Shown: piece by piece, positions 21,106-31,073 of the stretch
Layout: every line of letters begins with the position of its first letter
Numbering within the stretch: position 1 is the stretch's first letter
Assembly (NCBI GenBank): GCA_964519525.1
Contig: CAZFIN010000001.1
Location: forward strand, 2,532 to 66,531
Direction: 5' to 3'
Origin: an uncultured Alistipes sp.
GTDB taxonomy: Bacteria; Bacteroidota; Bacteroidia; Bacteroidales; Rikenellaceae
Length of the DNA stretch: 64,000 bases
The notes under the pieces: model-generated
Seen by the model: only the letters and a program-made list of their open reading frames with translations
Databases searched by the model: none
Told to the model about the DNA's origin: nothing
Position numbers and translations under genes: made by a program

Positions 21106-21576
21106 ATGGCTAAGGAAATAGAACGCAAGTTCCTCGTGCGCGGCGACTACCGGACGCATGCGGTATCGTCGTCGGACATAGTGCAGGGATACATAGCGCG
21201 CAGCGGCAGGCTGACTTTCAGGGTGCGCATGCGCGACGGCCGCGGCTATCTGACCATAAAGGGCCGCACCGACGAGGCGGGCATGTCGCGCGACGAATGG
21301 GAGTACGAGATCCCCGCGGCCGAGGCGCGCGAACTGCTGGAGTACAGCGACGGCGTGATAGACAAGGTGAGGCATCTCGTACCGTCCGGCCGCCACACGT
21401 TCGAGGTGGACGAGTTCCGCGGCGCCAACGAAGGGCTCACCGTGGCCGAAGTGGAGCTGTCGGCGCCCGACGAGGAGTTCGAACGGCCCGACTGGCTCGG
21501 CGAGGAGGTGACCGGCGACAAACGATACTACAATTCGCAACTGCTCAGACAACCGTACACGACATGGGAAAAATAG
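21106..21576 (+). CDS. CYTH domain (triphosphate tunnel metalloenzyme) protein
   Basis: EIERKFLV, QGY, LTIKG, EWEYEIP, EVDEF, AEVEL. Confidence 0.93.
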   Translation: MAKEIERKFLVRGDYRTHAVSSSDIVQGYIARSGRLTFRVRMRDGRGYLTIKGRTDEAGMSRDEWEYEIPAAEARELLEYSDGVIDKVRHLVPSGRHTFEVDEFRGANEGLTVAEVELSAPDEEFERPDWLGEEVTGDKRYYNSQLLRQPYTTWEK

Positions 21577-22316
21577 CTGCCGCAGTGCTGATGGCCTGCA
21601 CGATGACAGTCGCGGCATTCACCGGAGCCGCAGCGCAGACCGCGGCGCACGACGCGGGCAAGACAGACACCGCCGATTTCGACGCCGGAATGCGTCGCCG
21701 CGGGCTGGTGGACATCAGGGAGATGGATGCGGAGATTCGCGTCGAGATGAAATACGCGACGGAGGACAACTTCGTTGGACAGAACATGTACGGCACGCTG
21801 CGCACGGCATACCTGCTGCCCCACTTCGCCCGCAGGGTCGTGCAGGCGCAGAAGCTGCTGAAGCGGCTGCATCCGCAATACACGCTGCTCGTCTACGACG
21901 CCGCACGGCCGATAAGCGTGCAGCGCCGCATGCGCAAGGCTGTGGAGGGCACCGGCAACGAGGCATACGTGGCCGACGGGACACGAGGCGGACGGCACAA
22001 CTACGGCGTGGCCGTGGATCTGACCATAGCCGACGCCGACGGCCGCCCGATAGACATGGGGACGGAGTTCGACCACTTCGGCCGCGCGGCGTGGGTCGGT
22101 CAGAGCAATACGGTGACATACGAGGGTTACGCGGCGTTCGTCGACGGGTTAGTGCGCGACGGCGTGATAACGCAAAAGGCCGGCGAGAACCGGAAAATGC
22201 TGCTCGAAATAATGTACAAGGCCGGACTGCGGCCATACGTCAAGGAGTGGTGGCATTATCAGGAACCCATATCAATGCCGCGAACGCGCGAACTGTACGA
22301 GGTGCTCGATTTCTGA
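21564..22316 (+). CDS. M15 D-alanyl-D-alanine dipeptidase (VanX/DdpX-like) with signal peptide
   Basis: YATEDNFVG, VYDAARP, HNYGVAVDLT, DMGTEFDHF, EWWHY. Confidence 0.88.
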   Translation: MGKIAAAVLMACTMTVAAFTGAAAQTAAHDAGKTDTADFDAGMRRRGLVDIREMDAEIRVEMKYATEDNFVGQNMYGTLRTAYLLPHFARRVVQAQKLLKRLHPQYTLLVYDAARPISVQRRMRKAVEGTGNEAYVADGTRGGRHNYGVAVDLTIADADGRPIDMGTEFDHFGRAAWVGQSNTVTYEGYAAFVDGLVRDGVITQKAGENRKMLLEIMYKAGLRPYVKEWWHYQEPISMPRTRELYEVLDF

Positions 22317-22474
22317 CCGAGCGCCGCGACGGCGCCTGCCGGGGGCGGCCGGAACGGCCGGGAGGTCACGGCCGGATAGTCGGAAAAGTGCGATAAATAC
22401 TCCATTCGGTCCTAAACATGAAATAACGAGAGTCATTAAGACCCGAAATGTCGGGGAAAAACTAACTTTGCGAT

Positions 22475-22645
22475 GTCAGGATTCCGGACATGCGCGACAT
22501 GCCGGAGCGGAAGGGAATCCGGTGAAAATCCGGGACAGTACCTGCTGCTGTGAGTCCCAGTAACGATTCTTCGCACGCAAAGCCACTGACCGCAACGGCC
22601 GGGAAGGCGCGAAAGAACGGGACGAGTCAGAAAACCTCGCCTGAC
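22475..22645 (+). ncRNA. Cobalamin (B12) riboswitch
   Basis: AAGGGAATCCGGTGAAAATCCGGGACAGTACC-GCTGCTGTG, GCCACTG...GGGAAGG, GAGTCAGAAAACCT; P1 GTCAGG/CCTGAC; TAACTTTG promoter at 22463; upstream of B12 uptake genes. Confidence 0.95.
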
Positions 22646-22841
22646 CGATGAGAAAACGTACACGGGCATTGGCGTTTTATCAAGACTGAACCGGCGTGTG
22701 TCAGACCGCAATTCTTCTTCGATAATGAACCTCTCCCGTTCATTGCGCACTTATCATCGGCATATTTTTTCAGCGCCCGGAAGGACCGGGACGAATTGAC
22801 AGACGGTATGGCCGGAGGGCCGTACAACCTTTTTTTCAATT

Positions 22842-24632
22842 ATGAGGAATTGCATATTCGGCATCATTGCCGTCATGCTCGCCGCGACGGCGTGCAACAA
22901 GGACCGAACCATCACCGAGGAGGCGAAGCCGGCACCGGTCATAGAGCTCGACAGCGAGACGGGAATATACACCGTGAAGGTCGGCCGCGAGCTCACCGTC
23001 GCCCCCGCGTACAGACACGCGGAGGAGGCCGTATACGCATGGATCGCGGCCGGGAAACGAATATCGGACCAGCCGGTCCTGAAGTACACATGGGATCAGG
23101 AGCAGGAGCTGTACGTAACGCTGCGTGTGGAAACGCCGGCGGGAAAGGCCGAGGAGGAGCTGAAGGTGGAGGTGCTGGCGCTCGCGCCGCCGGTGATCTC
23201 GCTCGTCGTTCCGGAGGGAGGACTGAAAGTCATGCGCAATACGGAATATGTCTTCACGCCAGACGTACTGAACGATGATTCAGAAGGGTTCGGAATCGAG
23301 TGGATGCGCGACGGAGAGAGGGTATGCACCGGAAAGGAGTACGCGTTCCGCGAGGATAAGGCCGGACTGTATACGATAACGGCAAGGGCATACAACGACG
23401 ACGGAGAGAACGTGCGCGAGATAGACGTGGAGGTGGTGGAGACGATGCCGCGCGGGGTGCGGTTTCCAACCCCGTCGCGCGGCCAGAAATCGACCGACCG
23501 CCATACGTTCGCCGGCCGGCCGGTATATCTGCGGCCGCAGCTGGATAACTTCGTGAATCCGCAGTACAGCTGGAGCGTCGACGGGCGGACGGTGAGCGGA
23601 GCCGACGGACGAGTATTCCGATTCACGCCGGAGTCGGCGGGAGAATATGCCGTCGCAGTAACAGTCACCGAGGGCGCGGACGACCGGCAGCAGCTGTCGC
23701 GCAACGTAACGCGGACCGGCACGTCGGTAACGGCGGAGGTGAAGGTGATATGCGAGGCGAAGACCGAGCAGGAGCGTTACAGGAAGGCGACGGCCGAAAG
23801 TTCGGTGACGTGCAGCCGGGTGTATGAATACATGCCGGCGCCCGGGCAGTTCATAAACGACCCCAAATCGGGATTCGACGGGAACGTGACCTCGGACAAG
23901 GCGGCCGCGGAGTATGCGGCGGCACGGCTCGCCGGGAGGAAATATGTGTCGCTCGGCGCGTTCGGGGGATATATAATAGTGGGATTCGACCACAGCATAG
24001 CCCCGGGCGGCGGAGAGTATGATTTCGCGATAGAGGGAAACGCGCTGGACAAGGCCAACGAACCGGGCGTGGTGTGGGTGATGCAGGACACGAACGGCAA
24101 CGGTCAGCCCGACGACGAGTGGTACGAACTGAAGGGTTCGGAAACTGGCGCCGAGGGCACGCGGCAGGATTATGAGGTGACATACTACCGCCCCGCCTAC
24201 CCCACCCACACGCCGTGGACGGACAGCGAGGACGGAAAGGGACGGGTGGACAACAATCCCTATCACGCGCATGGGTATTACTATCCGGAGTGGGTGGCGG
24301 AGGAGTGTTACACCCTCACCGGAACCATGCTGATGCCGCGCAACAGCCGCGACCAGTCGACGGGCGACTGGACCAACGCACCGTACGGATGGGGATATGC
24401 GGACAACATAGGGTCGGACAGCATGACGGCAGGCGACAAGGAGGACGGCAGCGGACAGCGCACCGGATTCAGAATAGACAACGCCGTACACCGCGACGGC
24501 ACGCCGGTCGGGCTGATGTACATAGATTTCATAAAGGTGCAATGCGGAGTGCTGGCCCAGAGCGGCCGTCTGGGCGAGATATCGACCGAGGTGGCGTCGT
24601 TCGAGGATCTGTCGGCCGCCGGCCGCCGGTAA
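22842..24632 (+). CDS. Surface lipoprotein with PKD/Ig domains and C-terminal B12-binding domain (BtuH-like)
   Basis: Lipobox ATAC, Ig repeats, EYMPAPGQFIN, VSLGAFGGYI, EPGVVWVMQD, WGYADN; position in the B12 operon. Confidence 0.75.
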   Translation: MRNCIFGIIAVMLAATACNKDRTITEEAKPAPVIELDSETGIYTVKVGRELTVAPAYRHAEEAVYAWIAAGKRISDQPVLKYTWDQEQELYVTLRVETPAGKAEEELKVEVLALAPPVISLVVPEGGLKVMRNTEYVFTPDVLNDDSEGFGIEWMRDGERVCTGKEYAFREDKAGLYTITARAYNDDGENVREIDVEVVETMPRGVRFPTPSRGQKSTDRHTFAGRPVYLRPQLDNFVNPQYSWSVDGRTVSGADGRVFRFTPESAGEYAVAVTVTEGADDRQQLSRNVTRTGTSVTAEVKVICEAKTEQERYRKATAESSVTCSRVYEYMPAPGQFINDPKSGFDGNVTSDKAAAEYAAARLAGRKYVSLGAFGGYIIVGFDHSIAPGGGEYDFAIEGNALDKANEPGVVWVMQDTNGNGQPDDEWYELKGSETGAEGTRQDYEVTYYRPAYPTHTPWTDSEDGKGRVDNNPYHAHGYYYPEWVAEECYTLTGTMLMPRNSRDQSTGDWTNAPYGWGYADNIGSDSMTAGDKEDGSGQRTGFRIDNAVHRDGTPVGLMYIDFIKVQCGVLAQSGRLGEISTEVASFEDLSAAGRR

Positions 24633-24639
24633 GCGAGAG

Positions 24640-25716
24640 ATGATTACGACGACATTACGACATACGCTGCTGGCCGTACTTGCGGCAGCGGCAATGGCAA
24701 CGGGCGGCTGCATGAAGTGGGACTACGGCGAGGAGGAGAATTTCGAGGCCGCAGGACCGGGGCTGTTCATCACCAACGAGGGCAATTTCCAGTACGGCAA
24801 CGCCTCGCTATCGTACTACGACCCCGAGACGCGGACGGTGGAGAACGAGGTGTTCTACCGCGCAAACGGCATGAAGTTAGGCGACGTGGCGCAGTCGATG
24901 ACCGTGCGGGGAGGTACGGGATGGATCGTGGTGAACAATTCGCACGTCATATTCGCAATCGACCCCGACACCTTCAGGGAGGTGGGCCGCATAACCGGAT
25001 TCACCTCGCCGCGTCACATCCATTTTCTGTCGGACGAGAAGGCATACGTCACACAGTTGTGGGACAACCGCATATTCATCGTGAACCCCAAGCGTTACGA
25101 GATAACCGGCTACATCGAGTGTCCCGGCATGACGGCGGAGAGCGGATCGACGGAGCAGATGGTGCAGAGGGGCAAGTACGTATATGTCAACTGCTGGTCG
25201 CACCAGAACCGCATACTGAAAATAGACACCGAGACCGACCGGGTGGTCGGCGAACTGCAGGTGGGAATACAGCCCACGTCGCTGGTGATGGACTGCAACG
25301 ACAAACTGTGGACGGTCACCGACGGCGGATACGAGGACTCGCCGTACGGCCACGAGGCGCCCGCGCTCTACCGCATCGACGCCGAGACGTTCACCGTAGA
25401 GAAGCTGTTCCGGTTCAAGACGGGCGACGCCCCCTCGGAGTTGCAGCTCAACGGAGCGGGCGACACGCTATACTGGATCGACGACGACATATGGCGCATG
25501 GACGTGGAGGCCGACAGGGTACCCGTGCGGCCGTTCATCGAGTACAGCGGCACGACATACTACGGGCTCACGGTAGACCCGGTGCGGGGCGACGTCTACG
25601 TGGCCGACGCAATCGACTACCAGCAGCCGGGCATGATTTACCGTTACTCGCCGGAGGGCGAGCCGATCGACCGGTTTCGTGCAGGCATAACCCCCGGCGC
25701 ATTCTGCTGGAAATAA
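24640..25716 (+). CDS. btuG: YncE-family beta-propeller lipoprotein (BtuG-like)
   Basis: GLFITNEGNFQYGNASLSYYDP, LGDVAQSM, DAIDYQQ, GITPGAFCWK. Confidence 0.88.
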   Translation: MITTTLRHTLLAVLAAAAMATGGCMKWDYGEEENFEAAGPGLFITNEGNFQYGNASLSYYDPETRTVENEVFYRANGMKLGDVAQSMTVRGGTGWIVVNNSHVIFAIDPDTFREVGRITGFTSPRHIHFLSDEKAYVTQLWDNRIFIVNPKRYEITGYIECPGMTAESGSTEQMVQRGKYVYVNCWSHQNRILKIDTETDRVVGELQVGIQPTSLVMDCNDKLWTVTDGGYEDSPYGHEAPALYRIDAETFTVEKLFRFKTGDAPSELQLNGAGDTLYWIDDDIWRMDVEADRVPVRPFIEYSGTTYYGLTVDPVRGDVYVADAIDYQQPGMIYRYSPEGEPIDRFRAGITPGAFCWK

Positions 25717-25726
25717 CCGGACGACT

Positions 25727-27811
25727 ATGAAAAGAGTGATGATGACCATGCTGCCCGTTCTGCTGGTTCCGGCGATGCTCGCGGCGCAGGAAAAAGGCGG
25801 GGAACGCGCCCCGGACGACTGGACCCGGCGCGTACACCGGATTCCCGAAGTGACGGTGGTCGGACGGCGCCCCATAAAGGAGATCGGCGTGCAGCAGACC
25901 AAGTTCGATTCGGTGGTGCTGAAGGAGAACATAGCATTGTCGATGGCCGACGTGCTGACGTTCAACTCGTCGATATTCGTCAAGAGCTACGGACGCGCGA
26001 CACTCTCGACGGTGGCGTTCCGCGGAACGTCGCCCTCGCACACGCAGGTGACGTGGAACGGCATGCGCATGAACAACCCGATGCTGGGCATGACCGACTT
26101 CTCGATGATTCCATCATACTTCATCGACGACGCATCGCTGCTGCACGGCACATCGTCGGTAAACGAGACGGGCGGCGGACTGGGCGGCGCGGTGAAGCTC
26201 GCCACGCGGCCGGCCGAAACCGAAGGTTTCGGGATGCAATACGTGCAGGGAATAGGGTCGTTCCGCACGTTCGACGAGTTCCTGCGCCTAACCTACGGCG
26301 ACGCTCACTGGCAGGTGTCGACCCGCGCGGTCTACTCGTCGTCGCCAAACGACTACGAATACCGCAACCGCGACAGGAAGGAGAACATCTACGACGACGA
26401 TATGAACATCGTCGGCCAGTACTACCCCACCGAGCGCAACCGCAGCGGCGCATACCGCGACATGCACCTGTTGCAGGAGGTGTACTACAACACCGGCGAA
26501 GGCGACCGGTTCGGGCTCAATGCGTGGTACACGGGATCGAACCGCGAGCTGGCGATGCTGACCACCGACTATGCCGACGCGCTGGCGTTCGAGAACCGTC
26601 AGCGCGAGCAGACCCTGCGCGGCATCGTCTCGTGGGACCATCTGCGCAGCAACTGGAAAGCGGCGGCCAAGGCGGGATACACCCACACGTGGATGGCCTA
26701 CGACTACAAGCGCGACGTGGGCAACGGCACGATGGCCACGATGACCCGCTCGCGCAGCCGGATAAACACACTCTACGGGCAGGCCGAGGGCGAATACACC
26801 ATCGGGAACAGCTGGCTCTTCACGGCCTCGCTCGCGGCGTACCAGCATCTGGTCGAGAGCGCCGACAAGAACATCATCAAGCAGGACGGCGACACGGCGA
26901 TAGTCGGGTACGACAAGGGGCGCATCGAACTGTCGGGCAGCATATCGGCCAAGTGGCGGCCCGTGGAGCGCTTCGGCATGTCGCTCGTGCTGCGCGAGGA
27001 GATGTACGGCACCGACTGGGCGCCATTCATACCGGCATTCTTCATGGACGGAGTGCTGTCGCAGAGGGGCAACGTCGTGGTCAAAGCCTCCGTCTCGCGC
27101 AACTTCCGCTTCCCGACCCTCAACGACCTATACTTCCTGCCGGGAGGCAATCCCGACCTGCGGAAAGAGAACGGATGGACATACGACGCGGGACTGTCGT
27201 TCGCCACGGGCAGGGCCGGAGCCTACTCGCTGAGCGGCTCGGCGACGTGGTTCGACTCGCACGTAGACGACTGGATAATCTGGCTGCCCACACCCAAGGG
27301 ATTCTTCTCGCCCCGCAACATGCAGAAGGTGCATGCCTACGGCGTCGAGTTGCGGGCGGATGCCGATGCGGCGCTGTCGCAGGCATTGAGGCTCGGACTG
27401 AGCGGCACCTACTCGTGGACACCCTCAGTCAACGAGAGCGAGCCGATGACACCGGCCGACCGGTCGGTGGGACAGCAGCTGCCGTACGTGCCGGAGCACT
27501 CGGCCACGCTGACCGGACGCCTCGCGTGGCGCACGTGGTCGCTGCTATACAAATGGTGCTGGTACAGCCGGCGCCACACCATGTCGAGCAACGACCTGAC
27601 GCTGACGGGCGCTCTGCCGCCATACTTCATGAACAACATGACGCTGGAGAAGGGATTCTCGCTCCCGTGGGCCGACCTGTCGCTCAAAGGCGCCATAAAC
27701 AACCTGTTCGACGAGGAGTATCTCTCGGTGCTGTCGCGCCCAATGCCCGGCATCAACTTCGAGTTTTTCATAGGGATAACCCCCAAATGGGGAAAGCGGA
27801 GAGGCAGCTGA
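25727..27811 (+). CDS. btuB: TonB-dependent cobalamin transporter (BtuB-like)
   Basis: Plug FRGTSPSHTQVTWNG, RFPTLNDLYF, GNPDL, RPMPG; riboswitch context. Confidence 0.88.
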   Translation: MKRVMMTMLPVLLVPAMLAAQEKGGERAPDDWTRRVHRIPEVTVVGRRPIKEIGVQQTKFDSVVLKENIALSMADVLTFNSSIFVKSYGRATLSTVAFRGTSPSHTQVTWNGMRMNNPMLGMTDFSMIPSYFIDDASLLHGTSSVNETGGGLGGAVKLATRPAETEGFGMQYVQGIGSFRTFDEFLRLTYGDAHWQVSTRAVYSSSPNDYEYRNRDRKENIYDDDMNIVGQYYPTERNRSGAYRDMHLLQEVYYNTGEGDRFGLNAWYTGSNRELAMLTTDYADALAFENRQREQTLRGIVSWDHLRSNWKAAAKAGYTHTWMAYDYKRDVGNGTMATMTRSRSRINTLYGQAEGEYTIGNSWLFTASLAAYQHLVESADKNIIKQDGDTAIVGYDKGRIELSGSISAKWRPVERFGMSLVLREEMYGTDWAPFIPAFFMDGVLSQRGNVVVKASVSRNFRFPTLNDLYFLPGGNPDLRKENGWTYDAGLSFATGRAGAYSLSGSATWFDSHVDDWIIWLPTPKGFFSPRNMQKVHAYGVELRADADAALSQALRLGLSGTYSWTPSVNESEPMTPADRSVGQQLPYVPEHSATLTGRLAWRTWSLLYKWCWYSRRHTMSSNDLTLTGALPPYFMNNMTLEKGFSLPWADLSLKGAINNLFDEEYLSVLSRPMPGINFEFFIGITPKWGKRRGS

Positions 27812-27835
27812 CACCCGCAAGAGAAGGCGGCGCAG

Positions 27836-28333
27836 CTAAAACCGGCGCGGCCACTCGCCTATCTCCATGTCGCGCATGTCGTCGCCGTCGACAACCAAAC
27901 GCACAGCCGTGCGCTCCTTGTGGAATCCGTACGTGCCGGAAGCGCCCGGGTTGATGTGCAGCAGCCGGTAGACCGGATCGTAGATAACCTTGAGGATGTG
28001 CGAATGGCCCGCGATGAAGATGTCGGGCTTCGAGCTCTGGATCATGCCCACCGCCTGCGGCGAATAGTGGCGCGGATAGCCGCCGATGTGGGTCATAAGC
28101 ACACGTTTGTTCTCGCACTGGAAAAAGGAGAACTCCTTGAACACACGGCGCGTGACGCCGCCGTCGATGTTGCCGTAAACGCCGCGCAGGGGTTTGAACG
28201 CAGCTATCTCGTCGGCAAGTTCGAGCGAACCGAAATCGCCCGCATGCCATATCTCGTCGACATCCTGAAGGAACCGGCGAAGCGTGTCGTCGAACGTGCC
28301 GTGGGTGTCGGAGATTATGCCTATTCGTTTCAT
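27836..28333 (-). CDS. YfcE-family metallophosphoesterase
   Basis: ISDTHG, HAGDFG, VYGNID, GHSH, NPGA. Confidence 0.9.
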   Translation of the reverse strand: MKRIGIISDTHGTFDDTLRRFLQDVDEIWHAGDFGSLELADEIAAFKPLRGVYGNIDGGVTRRVFKEFSFFQCENKRVLMTHIGGYPRHYSPQAVGMIQSSKPDIFIAGHSHILKVIYDPVYRLLHINPGASGTYGFHKERTAVRLVVDGDDMRDMEIGEWPRRF

Positions 28334-28414
28334 GTCAAGAGTATTCGTTGAGTGTCCGCCGGCAAAGATAGTGTGAATTATCGGGTCGGCAACGGTTGTG
28401 TGACGACAAACATA

Positions 28415-28450
28415 AAATAAGTGCCGGAAATCGGATTCCGGCACTTATTT
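28415..28450 (-). terminator. Hairpin/terminator downstream of the esterase gene
   Basis: AAATAAGTGCCGGAA...TTCCGGCACTTATTT, 15-bp stem. Confidence 0.7.
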
Positions 28451-28502
28451 CCGTCGCAATGCCGCAAGACGCGACCGGGCATTACCGGGGATTCGCGAAA
28501 GG

Positions 28503-29447
28503 CTACTCCGGATAGTTGGTCCTGATGTAATCCATAACCTTGAACTTGGTATTGCGCGGCGGGAAGTCGTCGCTGCGGACCTCGGTGGTGATGGTCAGGG
28601 GACGGCGGTCGCGAACGAAGTCGGTGAGGAAGGTGAGTATCTCGTTGCGGTTGACGTTCATGGGAGTGAAGGCCATGGCATGGTCCTGATAGTCGAGCGT
28701 GTAGAACCAGTAGGGCCAGCCGTTTTTGGAGAACTGACGCGCGATGAACTTCGATCCGTAGAATCCGACTCCGAAAAGCGTGGCCTTGTCGAACGGCACC
28801 ATATTGTCGGCATTGCCGTGGAAAAACATTATCGGCGCCGGCTTGCTGCCCCACTCGGGCGCGCCGCTCACCGAGAATATGCCGCCGGCGAACGATATGA
28901 CGCCGGCGTAGTTGAACCCCTTGGGCAGTACGGCCGCGGCAGCCGTGCGGTTGCAGACGGCATTCTCGGCCTTAAGGACGGTGATGGCGCCGGCACTCGA
29001 TCCGCTGGTCACGATCATGTCGGGGTCGATATTCCATTCGCCGGCATTGTCGAGCACGAAGAGCGTGGCGCTGAACAGATCGTCGACGGCGATAGATACG
29101 GCACGGTTGAACAGACCGATCATCTCGCGGGCCGAGATCTTGCGGCCGGAACCCTGAAACGACTTAAGTCCCAGACGGTAGTCGATCGACACGACATCGT
29201 AGCCGTTCCGGGTGAGAAATTCGAAATAGGGAAGATAGCCGGCATTGTCGCGCTCGCCGCCAACGAATCCGCCGCCGAACATGAAGATCATGCAGGGACG
29301 CGGCCCCTCGACCGGAGCGGCGTAATGGTCGAGATAGAGCGAATCGGCGTCCTTGACAGAATAGAGATGAGTGTGCCTGACCGGCTGCGCCGCCGCGGCA
29401 CCCGCCGAAAACAGCGCGGCAAGAAAGATGATGAACGATCTGTACAT
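28503..29447 (-). CDS. Secreted alpha/beta hydrolase (carboxylesterase)
   Basis: Signal peptide from MYRSFII, FGGGF oxyanion motif, SIDYRLG, GSSAG nucleophile, FHGNAD. Confidence 0.88.
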   Translation of the reverse strand: MYRSFIIFLAALFSAGAAAAQPVRHTHLYSVKDADSLYLDHYAAPVEGPRPCMIFMFGGGFVGGERDNAGYLPYFEFLTRNGYDVVSIDYRLGLKSFQGSGRKISAREMIGLFNRAVSIAVDDLFSATLFVLDNAGEWNIDPDMIVTSGSSAGAITVLKAENAVCNRTAAAAVLPKGFNYAGVISFAGGIFSVSGAPEWGSKPAPIMFFHGNADNMVPFDKATLFGVGFYGSKFIARQFSKNGWPYWFYTLDYQDHAMAFTPMNVNRNEILTFLTDFVRDRRPLTITTEVRSDDFPPRNTKFKVMDYIRTNYPE

Positions 29448-29500
29448 GATATTGTATTTTTTTAATCCTTGACAAGACAAATTGCATACCGCACGCGGCA

Positions 29501-30778
29501 TCACCGTTCGTACTTGTCGCCCCACAGCTGCCTGATGCGTTCGGCGATACGGGCCTCCTGAGCATTCTGCACATTGGGACGGTAGAAGACCTTTCCGGAG
29601 AGCGATTCGGGCAGGAACTCCTGTTCGACGAAGCCTCCGGCGAAGTCGTGCGCGTATTTGTAGCCCTTGCCGTAACCGGCATCGCTCATCAGCCGCGTAG
29701 GCGCATTGCGCAGATGGAGCGGCACGGGGCGGTTGGTCGTGTCGTGCGACACGAAATCGAGCGCGGCATTGACGGCCATGTAGGCCGAATTGCTCTTGGG
29801 ACTGGTGGCGAGGTAGATGGCGGTCTCGGCAAGGGTGATGCGGGCCTCGGGCATGCCGATCTTGTGAACGGTGTCGAAACATGCGTTGGCCAGAAGCAGT
29901 GCGTTGGGATTGGCCAGCCCGATGTCCTCGGAAGCGAGGATGACCAGACGGCGCGCGATGAAGCGCGGTTCCTCGCCGCCGGCGAGCATGCGCGCCAGAT
30001 AGTAGACGGCCGCATTGGGATCGCTGCCGCGCACCGACTTGATGAAAGCCGAGATGACGTCGTAGTGCTGCTCGCCGTTCTTGTCGTAAAGCGCGATGTT
30101 CTGTTGCAGGCACTGCGTGACGTAATCGTCGGTGATGTCGATAGCCCCGTCGGTGGCGCCGGCGATTATGTCGAGGATATTGAGCAGCTTGCGCGCGTCG
30201 CCGCCCGAGAACTTGAACAGCGCCGCGGTTTCGGTCACACGTATGTCGCGGCGGCGCAGCTCCTCGTCGGCCGTGACAGCCCGGTCGAGAAGCGTGGCGA
30301 GCTCGTCGTCGGTCATGGACTTGAGGATGTAGACCTGACAGCGGCTCAGAAGCGGCGATATGACCTCGAACGAGGGGTTCTCGGTGGTGGCGCCTATAAG
30401 CGTCACGATGCCCTGCTCGACGGCACCCAGCAGCGAGTCCTGCTGGCTCTTGTTGAAACGGTGAATCTCGTCGATGAACAGAAACGCCGTGGACTGGTTG
30501 AAAAGGCTCTGCCGGCGGGCCGACTCGATCACCTCGCGCACATCCTTCACGCCCGACGTAACGGCCGAAAGCGTGTAGAACGGACGTTTCAGGCTGTTGG
30601 CCACAAGTTTGGCCAGCGTGGTCTTGCCCACACCGGGAGGTCCCCACAGAATGAACGACGGCACGTTCCCCGTTTCGAGGAACTTGCGGAACACGCCGTC
30701 GGGGCCGACCAGATGAGTCTGGCCTATGTATTCTTCGAGCGTCTGCGGACGCAACCGTTCTGCCAATGGTTTGCCCAT
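29501..30778 (-). CDS. rarA: Replication-associated recombination protein A (MgsA)
   Basis: [52 protein letters not shown]. Confidence 0.97.
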   Translation of the reverse strand: MGKPLAERLRPQTLEEYIGQTHLVGPDGVFRKFLETGNVPSFILWGPPGVGKTTLAKLVANSLKRPFYTLSAVTSGVKDVREVIESARRQSLFNQSTAFLFIDEIHRFNKSQQDSLLGAVEQGIVTLIGATTENPSFEVISPLLSRCQVYILKSMTDDELATLLDRAVTADEELRRRDIRVTETAALFKFSGGDARKLLNILDIIAGATDGAIDITDDYVTQCLQQNIALYDKNGEQHYDVISAFIKSVRGSDPNAAVYYLARMLAGGEEPRFIARRLVILASEDIGLANPNALLLANACFDTVHKIGMPEARITLAETAIYLATSPKSNSAYMAVNAALDFVSHDTTNRPVPLHLRNAPTRLMSDAGYGKGYKYAHDFAGGFVEQEFLPESLSGKVFYRPNVQNAQEARIAERIRQLWGDKYER

Positions 30779-31073
30779 ATCACCGATTCGTTTAATCATC
30801 CCGCGTCCGACACGCGGCGCAGATGCAGGATGTTATCCGCAAAGTTATACATAATTTTCCGGGCCGCAAAATCGACAGGCGGCACATGTTTCCCGCCGTC
30901 CGCGGCAGGCGTGCGGGCTTGCGGGTACGGCGGCAGACGTATCTCCGAGTTTTTCGCTATATTTGTACTGCGGTACCCGCCGGCATATACAGGATCAAGG
31001 GCGACGGGGCGACATACGGGTTCGGGGTGAACGAACCGATAACCGAAAAAAAAGCAACATACGGATGCACGAC

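Noticed and set aside
29448-30647. Apparent ~400-aa N-terminal extension of the esterase ORF
   Set aside because: Overlaps rarA in another frame; a signal peptide begins at 29447
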